DNA from: Candidatus Woesearchaeota archaeon
GTDB taxonomy: Archaea; Nanobdellota; Nanobdellia; Woesearchaeales; UBA119
DNA length: 64,000 nucleotides
NCBI GenBank assembly: GCA_030156615.1
Contig: JASGME010000002.1
Coordinates: forward strand, 7,085-71,084
Direction of reading: 5' to 3'
The first letter of the stretch is position 1; every line of letters starts with the position of its first letter. A program made the position numbers and the translations under genes. The notes beneath the pieces were generated by a model, which had not been told where the DNA came from, did no database searches, and saw only the letters and a program-made list of their open reading frames with translations. Positions 9,944 to 19,510 of this stretch are shown piece after piece.

Positions 9944-10480
9944 CTAAAATTGATTTACAATTCCATAAATAATATCATTATAATATTTACCATCTTTTGA
10001 TTTAATGGCTTCCTTTAATTCTCCTTCTTTTTCATATCCTGCTTTGCTTAATACTCTTTCAACTGCCTTATTAAGTTCATGAAAATGTGCAAATATTCTA
10101 TGATACCGCAATTCTTTGAAAATATAATTTGTCATTATTTTTATTGCTTCAGTCATATAACCTTTATTCCAATAATTCTTGGCAACCCAAAATCCTATTT
10201 CCCCGCTTTTATTTTCATCATCCAAATCAAAAAAACCAATTGTTCCGACAAGTTCATCTGTTCTTTTTTCATAAATTCCAAAAATGTAAGATTTTCTTTC
10301 TAAGATATTTTTTTTGGAATTCTTTATGTATTCTAAGGCTCTCTCTATAGATTCTGAAGCTTTATATGGCCCAGAGAATTCATTCAATTCTGGTTCTTTT
10401 GAATATTCATGAAGCTTTATTGCATCAGTTTCATTAATCTCTTTTAAATAGATTCTATCTCCAATAATCTTTATTTCCAT
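9944..10480 (-). CDS. GNAT family N-acetyltransferase (RimJ/RimL-like)
   Basis: 'VGTIGFFDLDDENKSGEIGFWVAKNYWNKGYMTEAIKIM' acetyl-CoA-binding core typical of GNAT. Confidence 0.8.
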   Translation of the reverse strand: MEIKIIGDRIYLKEINETDAIKLHEYSKEPELNEFSGPYKASESIERALEYIKNSKKNILERKSYIFGIYEKRTDELVGTIGFFDLDDENKSGEIGFWVAKNYWNKGYMTEAIKIMTNYIFKELRYHRIFAHFHELNKAVERVLSKAGYEKEGELKEAIKSKDGKYYNDIIYGIVNQF

Positions 10481-10623
10481 ATTTATTTTTAAGATAGTGC
10501 AGTTTTTATAGTTTATTATTCTGAAAATATTCGTAAAAAACTTTTATCATATTTAAATCAAAAAATATATAACCTGATGAATCTGATTTAATCATAATTA
10601 AATGCAAACTGGTTTTTTAAGAG

Positions 10624-12123
10624 GTGGAAATGATTGTATTTAAGAGGAATGCTCTGGTTTTTGTAACTTTTGTAATTGCTCTTTCCTTCATGCTAAGTGA
10701 GCTTGCCTTATCTTTTAATGTAAATCCTGAACACATAAAAGAAGGAGATCAGGATGTTCTAATAATTCAAACGGATTCTCCAGCTTCCTGCATCCTTGAA
10801 CTGGAGAGCGGAAATCTTAATCTAAGAGCCAGCGATTCGGATAATAAGACTTTCAGATATCCTCTTTCTCCTGTTAATCAAACAATAACAGGAATTTGCG
10901 AGTCTCTGGAAAATCCAAATGAAAAGGAAAGATTCAAGATAGACATTACTGTAGGAATAACTGAAAAAACTGTTTCAGATGATATTGATGAAACAAAGAA
11001 TGAAGCCCCAAAAGAATCTTTTGAAATTCTTTTTGTTGAACCTTCAGAGTATAGTAGTCTTTATGAAAACAGCAGCATAACAATAAAGACAAGTACTGAT
11101 GCTAGTTGTAGCATAAAAATTGGCAATAATAAGTATGGAATGGAAAGCCTTGATAACAGGCAATTTAGAATAAATGTTTCTTCATTTGCAAAAGAATTAA
11201 GAAATGGCAATATCAAACTTGTATTTGAATGCAATACAAAGTATGGATTAAAAACTGAGAGCATAAATTATGTTTTTGACAGCAATGGAAAAACTAGCAC
11301 AAGCATTACTTCAGGAAGCAATGATAACAGAGAGATGACATTTAAAGGATTTGAGGGAGAAGGCATTATGGATTTTTTTAACTGGCTTTTTAATTTATTG
11401 ATTGAATTTCTACCGATTGCACTTCAAGTTGCAAAGGATAATTTAATTATAGTTTTTATTGCAATTGTATTCGTTGTTGTAATTATTAGTTTGGCGATTT
11501 CAAGGAAGTTTTCTCAAAAAAATAACGAAAAGAAAAGGATGAAAATCCCTAAAGAAGATCTTGAGAAAGTTTTCTTTCCTGAGAAATCAGATAAAGAGAA
11601 CAATAAAGGCAATGATGAGAATAGCATACAAAAAAATAAAAATTCTATCAAGAAGCTAAAGCATGAAGGTATTGATATGAGAGCTTTTGCCGAATTTGAT
11701 TATAATGAAGCTAATACTGATGATAAAATGAAAAAGGACATAAAAGAAAAAGATGAAATTGATAAAGAAAAAAACAAAGGAAATAGCAACAGATGGATTA
11801 ATATATACGAATTGATTAGACCAAAGAAAAAGGGGAAACCAAAAATGAAAAATCAAGAAGATCCAATAGGGGCGCTGCAAAAAGAGATTTATCTTGAAGA
11901 GATTAAGGGGAAAACAGAGTTAAATGTAATCTTTGAGAGTCTGAAGAGCATTTATGAAGATAGCCATGATACGAAGATAATTAAATGGGCCATAAACAAG
12001 CTCTTTGAAAACAATCAGATAAAGAAAGGAGATGCTGTTGAGCTGGTTAATATGCTTAAGGAAAAAGAGATTTTAGATGATATGCAGGCTTTGGATATCT
12101 TAAGTGATCTTAATCTTATATGA
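10624..12123 (+). CDS. Type-I-like surface protein (signal peptide, ectodomain, single TM, K/E-rich cytoplasmic tail)
   Basis: N-terminal hydrophobic signal, TM 'LIIVFIAIVFVVVIISLAI' near aa 270, charged low-complexity tail, then a conserved-looking C-terminal alpha-helical segment. Confidence 0.6.
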   Translation: MEMIVFKRNALVFVTFVIALSFMLSELALSFNVNPEHIKEGDQDVLIIQTDSPASCILELESGNLNLRASDSDNKTFRYPLSPVNQTITGICESLENPNEKERFKIDITVGITEKTVSDDIDETKNEAPKESFEILFVEPSEYSSLYENSSITIKTSTDASCSIKIGNNKYGMESLDNRQFRINVSSFAKELRNGNIKLVFECNTKYGLKTESINYVFDSNGKTSTSITSGSNDNREMTFKGFEGEGIMDFFNWLFNLLIEFLPIALQVAKDNLIIVFIAIVFVVVIISLAISRKFSQKNNEKKRMKIPKEDLEKVFFPEKSDKENNKGNDENSIQKNKNSIKKLKHEGIDMRAFAEFDYNEANTDDKMKKDIKEKDEIDKEKNKGNSNRWINIYELIRPKKKGKPKMKNQEDPIGALQKEIYLEEIKGKTELNVIFESLKSIYEDSHDTKIIKWAINKLFENNQIKKGDAVELVNMLKEKEILDDMQALDILSDLNLI

Positions 12124-12160
12124 ACTTGAAGGTTATAATAAAGTATAAAGAAGTCGTTGA

Positions 12161-12820
12161 TTAATGTTTCATAATAAATCTTTCTAGCTCTTCATCTATC
12201 TTTTCATACATAGGATAATTTTTTTCATCTTCTTTAAATCGCTTTGTGTGATATTGCCTATTCAGCGAAGATCCATAACCATGCTTTTTATGAAGAAGTT
12301 CATGATACATAACATAATCTAAAAGATAGGCTGGAGCCTCTTTAAGGATAGATGAGATAATGATTTCATCTGAATCAAAGTTATATTTTCCAAGGATTGT
12401 TTTTGATGGCTTTCCAAATCTTATTCTTGTAACTGCCATTGAAGAATCAAAAAAGTTTTTGTTTACTCTGTGAAAGCTATCCTCTAAGATTTTGTTCTCT
12501 ATTTCTTCATGAATAAGCAATGGAGAATGAACCTTCTTCAGGAAAGAATCCATTAGTGTTATTGAGAGAGTTTTCTTCTTTTTATTAAACAATTTGCACA
12601 TTAAAACTTGTACGGCTCCTTTTTGAATCTCCCAGCTACAATTCTTCCATGGATCGCCGAGTCTGAATTCTATCCTCTTTTTTTCTCGATTAAAGAGTGC
12701 TTTTGACCTGTATCCCCTAATCTTTTTAGAGTATTTTAAAACAAGAATATATTCTTCTAGATTGAGCCCTAGCTCTTCTGCTGCTTCTTTCAATCTTTTG
12801 AAATCATCCGAATCTTCCAT
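12161..12820 (-). CDS. YgjP/DUF45-like HExxH metal-dependent hydrolase
   Basis: C-terminal 'LLDYVMYHELLHKKHGY' fits the DUF45 'YVvvHELaHl.e.nH' zinc-binding block. Size about 220 aa. Confidence 0.5.
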   Translation of the reverse strand: MEDSDDFKRLKEAAEELGLNLEEYILVLKYSKKIRGYRSKALFNREKKRIEFRLGDPWKNCSWEIQKGAVQVLMCKLFNKKKKTLSITLMDSFLKKVHSPLLIHEEIENKILEDSFHRVNKNFFDSSMAVTRIRFGKPSKTILGKYNFDSDEIIISSILKEAPAYLLDYVMYHELLHKKHGYGSSLNRQYHTKRFKEDEKNYPMYEKIDEELERFIMKH

Positions 12821-12863
12821 TTGACTTTAGTATCTTGTATTTTATTGATTTTAGATGTAATAA

Positions 12864-14030
12864 TCAGACTTGATCAGCATCAATATTATACCTCAGAAAA
12901 GCAGCAACCTTCCCTAAATTAACTAATTGAACACCTTCGCTAGTTTCATCAGAAATCATCTCTATGTTTGTTGAGAATTCCTGTGCTTTTTTTTCAAATT
13001 TATCAATTGTTTCATCATCAAGTTCCTCTGAAAGGAGCAACGTTTCTACGGCCCCTCGTTCCAATAAAGAATAAACCTCGTTTATCCCATAAGAAACGGC
13101 CTCCGGATGTTTTGCAAGTGCCTCAAAGAATGTTCTAAGCAATTTCTTTTCTTTCGCAACTTGTTCCTCTGAAAGAACATCTTCACTTTTCTCCAAAAGT
13201 TCTTCCAAGCCATAATCTCCTGTATATCCTACATCCTTGACTGCAATGATTTTGTTTTTTATATACTCAGGCAATATATTACCTTCAACGAATTCATTCT
13301 TTGTATGCCCAGGTCCTCCGATTATGATTCCTTTGAGAGCTGGATCGCTGAAATATTCTTTCATATGCTCGGCAACCCTTTTGAAGAACTCTTTGGTTGC
13401 CCCCTCCCTAAGCCTTTGAAATCTTAACGCAGACTGCCCGCCAGCTCTTGTCTTTCCAGGGACATTTGATGTTGTCTTTGTTAAAGGAATTATTCTTTTC
13501 CCTTTGAGCTGGGCAATATCAGCTTCTCTTTTATCTAAAACAACGAGTCCAAAAACATCATCTGTTTCAAGCATCTCTTTTAAAGGATCTAACACAAAAT
13601 CCTTGTCGCATCTATAGATTCTTACGTTTAGGGGGATTGGCGGCTCGATGCTCCAAACCTTAACATCAATCTGACCTTCCCTTTCAGCAACATTCCCTGC
13701 AAAGACCGCCAGTCCATTTGGAGGCGTAGCTTTGAAAAGCTTCAAATGCTGTATCATCCTTTCAAGTGAAGCAATGACATTCTTCTGCGTTTGTTTTGAT
13801 TTTATGTTTGTAGCAGTTCCCTGCTCATCAAGAAGATGATTGATTATCTTATTCATGTCATAGTCTTTTGGGATATAAACGCTGACTAGCTCAGTATGCC
13901 TTCCCTTATAACCTTCTAACTCTTCAATGAATTTCCTGAGCTTCCTCTTCTGCATTGCTGAAATTTCCATAATTTTTAGAGCAAGATAGAAGTTTATAAA
14001 AGTTTTCCAATGTTCAACTTTATTTAACAA
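12864..14030 (-). CDS. prf1: Archaeal peptide chain release factor aRF1
   Basis: 'TATNIKSKQT' (NIKS stop-codon recognition motif) and 'AGGQSALRFQRLR' (GGQ peptidyl-hydrolase motif). True start may lie slightly upstream. Confidence 0.9.
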   Translation of the reverse strand: MLNKVEHWKTFINFYLALKIMEISAMQKRKLRKFIEELEGYKGRHTELVSVYIPKDYDMNKIINHLLDEQGTATNIKSKQTQKNVIASLERMIQHLKLFKATPPNGLAVFAGNVAEREGQIDVKVWSIEPPIPLNVRIYRCDKDFVLDPLKEMLETDDVFGLVVLDKREADIAQLKGKRIIPLTKTTSNVPGKTRAGGQSALRFQRLREGATKEFFKRVAEHMKEYFSDPALKGIIIGGPGHTKNEFVEGNILPEYIKNKIIAVKDVGYTGDYGLEELLEKSEDVLSEEQVAKEKKLLRTFFEALAKHPEAVSYGINEVYSLLERGAVETLLLSEELDDETIDKFEKKAQEFSTNIEMISDETSEGVQLVNLGKVAAFLRYNIDADQV

Positions 14031-14042
14031 AAAGTGATAGAA

Positions 14043-16064
14043 TCATTGATTTATCTTTTTGTAGATTTCATTTAACTCAGGGAAAATCTTCTTTCTCTCT
14101 GACAATGGTAATGAGTCATATATATTAAGCATATTGATATACATCTTCTTTGCCTTTGCAATATCTGAAGCGGTAAGATGTGGTTTAGATAAAAGATTAT
14201 TGCAATCATCAACAAGACTTCTTAGATATACCATCTGCTTTGATTCCTTTACAAAAACACTCTTGAGCTTTTTCCTTCCTTGTATTTCCTTGCCAGCTAC
14301 CTTAAAAGGAACATGCCTTCTTATGTGGAGGTTTAGGCTTAATCTCTCAAATAAGCCCTGCATAAAGAATACAAGAGAAGCCAGTATCAACAAAAACAAA
14401 GTCATATATCCTAATTCAGATGAGATTGTAGAAAATGTTGATTTAAACAAAATCATATCCCGATACGTATTGTATGTTAATACAAAAGGACTGAATTCCG
14501 TTACCTTTCTTATATTTTGAGGCATAGACTCCAAAGGGATTAATGTGCCTGAGAGAAGCAAGAGAATCAATCCAACTACAAGGGCAGCCATAAGACTTGT
14601 CTCTTCGCTCCTGAATAGATTAGCAATGATAATTCCAAGAAGGATAAAGAATGATGATGAAAGAGCAGAGATTAGCAAGATGAAATGTAAATTTGAGAAT
14701 ATTGCTGTTTTGAACACCAATGCAGTGATTGAAAGAATTATCATTATTTGAATTAAAACCAACAGCAATGTAACTAGGAATGTTCCTAATGAGAATACAG
14801 TCTTATTAGATGGTATGATGAGATTGCGGAAATGTGCCTTTGAATTTCTTTCCATCTGTACAAGGGTTGAAGAAAGAAGAAGACTTACGAACATAACGAT
14901 TAAAACCAAGAGATTAGGGAATAAATATGATAGATGAGTTTCATTAACTAAAACAGGAGACACAGTGGTTTTGATTGGTTGCGATATTAATTCAGAATCT
15001 TTAATTTCAATATCAGCGATCATATCCTCTATTGCATTAATCCCTGCCTGTATCTCCATTATCTTGCTTAATTGATTTACAAGTGTCTGCTTCATTGCCT
15101 GGGTTTGTGAAATTAACTTGTTCCTTGCCTCATTCATTGATGATATCTCAGATGCTAGGGATTCCAATTGATTTTCAATACTACTAACATAAGAAGATAA
15201 CGATGCAATATTTGATTGCACTAATTCAAAAGAATCTTCATTTGATATGTTTGAGGCAAGTTCCTTCGCTGAATCTATTGCTGAGTATAAAGCGCTTTTA
15301 TACGATTCGTTAATATTCAAAGAGGATGCTTCTGATTCAATCTCTTCTAGAGATGACATTAAATCTGATACTGAATCATCTATGATCTCGCCATATTGAG
15401 AGAAAGATCTTGAAGCTGATGAGATTGCCGATGATAACTCTAAAACCTTAAAATCAGAGATGTCGAAATCCACTGTCATTCCCTGAGAAGAAGAAATAAT
15501 TGAGTTTGTTGTCGTTATTAATTCATCATTTTGGGTTGTCAAAGCAATAATAGATTTTTTTCTTATTGTTAATTCATCATTTATATCTTCAAAGACATCT
15601 AAAAGTTTCTGTGATAAGGATTGGGATAGCTCTGTTGTCCTGTTTGATATCTTCTTGAATATCGCATCCTGAATAAGACCTGCAAGATTAAGTTGAGAAT
15701 TATCTATGTAAATGTCTATGCTTGAATTAGAATCTGCCTCTACTCTTAGATCCGGAGAAAAAATAATACAGGCATGATGAGTTCCTGATCTTACTGCTTG
15801 AATACATTCTTCTTGAGAAGAAAGCTTGAAAACCCTATATGCATTATCTGATAGAGCATCTATGTAAGATTCAGTTAATTCAGAATATTCATCAGAATAA
15901 ACAGCAAGTTTTATATTATGATAACCAGATGTGTCAAAAGCAAGCCCTACCATAAACACAATCAAAAGAGGGCCTATTATAACTATTAGAGAAGAGAATC
16001 TTGAACGAATCAATGTGAGGAATTCCTTTTTTATTACTTCTCTAAGCTTTCCCAAGTTTAACAC
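14043..16064 (-). CDS. ABC-2 family permease with YhgE/Pip-type extracellular coiled-coil insert
   Basis: N-terminal TM, about 350-aa Ser/Glu/Ile-rich coiled-coil ectodomain, five C-terminal TMs, cytoplasmic C-extension. Directly downstream of the ABC ATPase. Confidence 0.75.
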   Translation of the reverse strand: MLNLGKLREVIKKEFLTLIRSRFSSLIVIIGPLLIVFMVGLAFDTSGYHNIKLAVYSDEYSELTESYIDALSDNAYRVFKLSSQEECIQAVRSGTHHACIIFSPDLRVEADSNSSIDIYIDNSQLNLAGLIQDAIFKKISNRTTELSQSLSQKLLDVFEDINDELTIRKKSIIALTTQNDELITTTNSIISSSQGMTVDFDISDFKVLELSSAISSASRSFSQYGEIIDDSVSDLMSSLEEIESEASSLNINESYKSALYSAIDSAKELASNISNEDSFELVQSNIASLSSYVSSIENQLESLASEISSMNEARNKLISQTQAMKQTLVNQLSKIMEIQAGINAIEDMIADIEIKDSELISQPIKTTVSPVLVNETHLSYLFPNLLVLIVMFVSLLLSSTLVQMERNSKAHFRNLIIPSNKTVFSLGTFLVTLLLVLIQIMIILSITALVFKTAIFSNLHFILLISALSSSFFILLGIIIANLFRSEETSLMAALVVGLILLLLSGTLIPLESMPQNIRKVTEFSPFVLTYNTYRDMILFKSTFSTISSELGYMTLFLLILASLVFFMQGLFERLSLNLHIRRHVPFKVAGKEIQGRKKLKSVFVKESKQMVYLRSLVDDCNNLLSKPHLTASDIAKAKKMYINMLNIYDSLPLSERKKIFPELNEIYKKINQ

Positions 16065-16072
16065 CTTTCCAC

Positions 16073-17038
16073 TTATTCTTTTTCGGTTATAGTTGCAAAA
16101 TAATCAGCAAGCGATGGCTTGTTCATTTCAATGCTTATTATTCTCTCATTGAGAGAGTTTGCAATTTCAACTATTTCCCTCAATGTTTGCTCTCCGTTTT
16201 GAGTAAAAAGAATCAGGCTTTGACCTTCGTTTCTTATTTGATTTAAAGTTTTCCTTTTTTTAAGAAGCCCTGCAATCTTTTGATAATTGCCGGGTGATGT
16301 CTCTAAGAGAATCCTGCTGCCCAATGCCAGATCATCCCTAATCTCTTTCGGAGTTCCTTCGCGGATTATTTTTCCTTCAGAGAGAATTACAAGCCTCTCA
16401 CAATTCTGCTCTAAATCAGAGACTACATGTGAAGCAATCAGAATCGTTGTTCCCTGCTCATGTATCTTGTTTATAATTGCCCACATCTGATCCTTTAGAA
16501 CAGGATCAAGATTTGCAGTCGGTTCATCAAGAAAAAGAATCTTTGGGTTATTTATTAGGGCACACGCCATATCAAGTCTTTTTTGCATACCTCCAGAAAG
16601 TGTCTCGGCAAGTTTATCCTTAAAGATGTATAATTCAAAGAGATCTAGAAGAATTTTGATTCTTTCTTCTGATGTGTGTTTTGGAAGTCCGTAAAAAGAT
16701 GCGAAAAACCTCAGATTTTCTTCCACGGTTAATTTTTCATAAAAAGAGGCAACCTGACTTGAAAACCCTACTTTTTGCCTAAAGTATTCCTTTAGCAGTG
16801 TAACTGATTTGAAGACTAACTTGCCATCGTTTGTTTTATGAGAAAAATATACATCACCGCTTAGAGGCTTAAAAATGCCTATCAATGAGGAAAGTAAAGT
16901 GGTTTTTCCAGAACCAGACATTCCTATTATGCCTAGCAATTCTCCTTCATAAACATCAAGATTGATTTTATCAAGAATGAGATAGCCTTCAATCTCTATG
17001 CTTAAGTCCTTTGCCTTGAGGATTATCCTGCTTTCCAT
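16073..17038 (-). CDS. ABC transporter ATP-binding protein
   Basis: Walker A 'GMSGSGKTT', signature 'LSGGMQKRLDMACAL', Walker B 'ILFLDEPTANLD', H-loop 'IASHV'. Confidence 0.9.
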   Translation of the reverse strand: MESRIILKAKDLSIEIEGYLILDKINLDVYEGELLGIIGMSGSGKTTLLSSLIGIFKPLSGDVYFSHKTNDGKLVFKSVTLLKEYFRQKVGFSSQVASFYEKLTVEENLRFFASFYGLPKHTSEERIKILLDLFELYIFKDKLAETLSGGMQKRLDMACALINNPKILFLDEPTANLDPVLKDQMWAIINKIHEQGTTILIASHVVSDLEQNCERLVILSEGKIIREGTPKEIRDDLALGSRILLETSPGNYQKIAGLLKKRKTLNQIRNEGQSLILFTQNGEQTLREIVEIANSLNERIISIEMNKPSLADYFATITEKE

Positions 17039-17092
17039 TCTGAATTAATGGATAATTGAGTTTTAAAAAAGTGTGTTATTCCAGAAGAGTAG

Positions 17093-17668
17093 TTAAAAAT
17101 CCTTTTTCTTCATAATGTACAGGATTGCAAAGATTCCTGTTATCACAATAACTTCTATTAATGCTCCAAGGATTGCGTATTTCCAAAGAGGAGGCTGACT
17201 AACGGATTCTTGGATAAGTTCTGCTGACCTAATCATAAGATCTGCTGATTCTAGTTCCACAGATGAAGCTGCCGGGGCATTTGCTAAAAAGCCATATATT
17301 GCAAGGGCAAGAGAAACAATACCAAAAGCAATAAGTATAGGAACAAGATGTTTAACAAAATCAGAGAATCCATTGTTTTTTGTCGGCACAATCAGGAATG
17401 CCTTTTTATTAAGACTATAATGTTCAATTTTCTTTCCTTTCTTTGAATAATGATAGCTGTCTGATTTGACAAGTCCGGCTTCTTTCAGTTTCGTTATGTT
17501 ATAATGAACTGTTGATAAAGGAACTTTAAGCTTATCCGCAATCTCCGATTCTGTTGCTTCCTTTCTCTTTGATAGAAAAGAGATTATTGATTTTGCACTC
17601 TTGCTATTGATTACAGGAAGCAATTCATTAAAATCTTCATCCAGAGAAAGCAAGATTATATCGCTCAT
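17093..17668 (-). CDS. Membrane-anchored winged-HTH (ArsR-like) regulator
   Basis: 'SIISFLSKRKEATESEIADKLKVPLSTVHYNITKLKEAGLV' HTH followed by two TM helices. First gene of the regulator–ABC ATPase–permease operon. Confidence 0.6.
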   Translation of the reverse strand: MSDIILLSLDEDFNELLPVINSKSAKSIISFLSKRKEATESEIADKLKVPLSTVHYNITKLKEAGLVKSDSYHYSKKGKKIEHYSLNKKAFLIVPTKNNGFSDFVKHLVPILIAFGIVSLALAIYGFLANAPAASSVELESADLMIRSAELIQESVSQPPLWKYAILGALIEVIVITGIFAILYIMKKKDF

Positions 17669-17820
17669 TTTGCGAACAAGCGATTAAAGAATATTTAAAG
17701 TTTTGGAAAATAATGCTATCGTTGATTTGAACACCTGATTTTTGACTTTAAAATTTAATATCAAAATGAATATAATATAAGCAAAACAAAAAATATAAAA
17801 AGAAGGGAATTATAATTCAT

Positions 17821-18040
17821 ATGATGATAAATTTGAGAATTGCTATAAGTTCAACTGGAAAAGATTTGGATGCAGATGTTGATTCAAGATTAAGGAGATG
17901 CCCCTTATTTTTTAATTGTTGAAATTGATGAAAACAATACCTGCCAGGAGCCAGAAAATATGAAAAGGAACATTCTTTTGTAGCATTTTTGTTAGGTGTT
18001 GGATTAGCAACAATAATTGTGGCAACTAAAATGTTAGGGT
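17821..18040 (+). pseudogene. Degraded NifX/NifB-family (dinitrogenase FeMo-cofactor-binding, DUF134-like) gene remnant
   Basis: Frame 1 reads 'MMINLRIAISSTGKDLDADVDSR...', matching the family N-terminus 'MKIAIASDDGK..VS.HFGR'. Frame 2 continues, after an in-frame TAA at 17891, with 'GDAPYFLIVEIDENNT', matching 'GRAPYFLIVD.E'. So there is a +1 frameshift near 17890, further stops at 17920 and 17981, and the body is truncated before the downstream phosphatase gene. Confidence 0.45.
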
Positions 18041-18043
18041 GAG

Positions 18044-18634
18044 ATGAAAGGGATGAAAGAATTGAAAATTTATTTGTTCAGGCATGGAAGGACATATTAT
18101 AATGAAAAAGGAATTTTTACTGGATGGAAAGATTCTAAACTAACTCCAAAGGGAATTGAAAATGCTAAAGAAATTGCTAAAAAATTAAAAGATAAAAAAT
18201 TTCAGGTTGCAATACATACTTCTCTTTCACGTTCTAAGGATACTTTAAAAGAAGTTCTTAAGTATCATCCTGAATGTAAAAAGATAATTCAGGATGACAG
18301 GATTATTGAGAGAAGTTATGGCTTTTTGGAAGGAAAAACACATAAGAAGATTATTGAGCAGTATGGAAAAGAAAAATATGACAAATGGCACAGGGCTTGG
18401 GATTATCCTCCAAAAGACGGAGAATCACTTAAGATGGTTGAAAAAAGAGTGAAAAAATTTATTTCATGGTTAAAAAAGTATATGAAAGAAAATAAGGTAA
18501 ATGTTGCTATTTCAGCTCATGGAAATTCAATAAGAGTTTTCAGAAAGATTATGGAAAATTTAACCATAGAAGAAACATGTTCATTAGAAATTCCTTATGA
18601 CAAATATTTTGAATACACTATAAAAGTTGATTAA
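18044..18634 (+). CDS. Histidine phosphatase superfamily protein (phosphoglycerate-mutase-like)
   Basis: 'LFRHGRTYYNEKGIFTGW' RHG catalytic motif and 'SAHGNSIR' second His block. Confidence 0.75.
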   Translation: MKGMKELKIYLFRHGRTYYNEKGIFTGWKDSKLTPKGIENAKEIAKKLKDKKFQVAIHTSLSRSKDTLKEVLKYHPECKKIIQDDRIIERSYGFLEGKTHKKIIEQYGKEKYDKWHRAWDYPPKDGESLKMVEKRVKKFISWLKKYMKENKVNVAISAHGNSIRVFRKIMENLTIEETCSLEIPYDKYFEYTIKVD

Positions 18635-19397
18635 GAAAATGAAAACACTAACAATACTCTCGGGAAAAGGAGGAGCAGGAAAGACAACCCTGTCTTCTAA
18701 TTTAGCAGTTCTCCTTTCAAATGAAAAGAAGATTGTTGCAGCGGATTGCGATGCTGATGCTCCAAATCTTAGTTTAGCATTAGGCATAAAGGAGAATGAT
18801 TTTTCTAAATGGGAAAGAGTTCAGACAAATGAAAAAGCTGTTCTTGATGAGGAAAAATGTGATGGATGTAAGAAATGCTTTTAGGTTTGTAATTTTGGGG
18901 CTATTTCTTGGGATGAAAAAAGGAACAGGCCAATATTTAATTCAATGTTATGTGAAGGATGTGGTGCTTGTCAGTTAGTCTGTCCTAAAAAAGCAATTAA
19001 ATTAGTTAAGGTTTACAATGGTAAGATTTGGGAAGCAGACACGAGATATGGTTTTCCCTTGTTTTCTGGTCAATTAAAGGTAGGTGCTACTGGCTCAGGG
19101 AAGATTTTCTCTTTAATAAAAGAGAAGGCTGAAGAGAGAGCTTTGAAGACTGCTGATCATTTTAGGATTCCTTACGGCATAGTCATTAACAAGTTTGATT
19201 TGAACATCGATTTTTCAAAAAAGATTGAGAGATTTGCAAAAAACAAAGGCATAGATATTCTTGGAAGGATTCCGTATAATAAGAAGATTGTAGAAGCTCT
19301 TGTTGAGCTAAAACCAGCAATTGAATACGACAAAACCCTTGAACCTATATTCAATGAAATTCTAAGCAATATTTTAAAAAAGCTTGAAGAGATATAA
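18627..19397 (+). pseudogene. MinD/Mrp-like P-loop ATPase with 2x[4Fe-4S] ferredoxin insert (MJ0578-like), interrupted by an in-frame TAG
   Basis: ORFs 18627..18884 and 18945..19397 are in the same frame and are separated only by TAG at 18882-18884. Reading through gives 'CDGCKKCF*VCNFGAISWDE...CEGCGACQLVCPKKAI', two intact CxxCxxCxxxC(P) clusters. The N-terminus is 'SGKGGAGKTT', the deviant Walker A of the family. Confidence 0.7.
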
Positions 19398-19510
19398 AGC
19401 AGGGTATGCATTTTTAAATTTTTAAATAAGAAACGAAAGATTAATAAATAATCATTATAATAATGACAATAAAACAATAAAAGAAATCTCAAAAAGAGAG
19501 GGGTTTAAGA

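Noticed and set aside
18882-18884. Pyrrolysine or stop-codon reassignment as an explanation for the in-frame TAG.
   Set aside because: TAG clearly terminates other conserved genes, for example RFC small subunit at 21258-21260, and aRF1 is a canonical full-length factor. A single nonsense event is more parsimonious. Kept as a low-probability alternative in findings.
18796-18978. 60-aa ORF in an alternate frame bridging the two MinD-Fer pieces.
   Set aside because: The in-frame (frame 0) readthrough reconstitutes conserved ferredoxin motifs, so the interruption is an in-frame TAG, not a frameshift. The alternate-frame ORF is an artefact.
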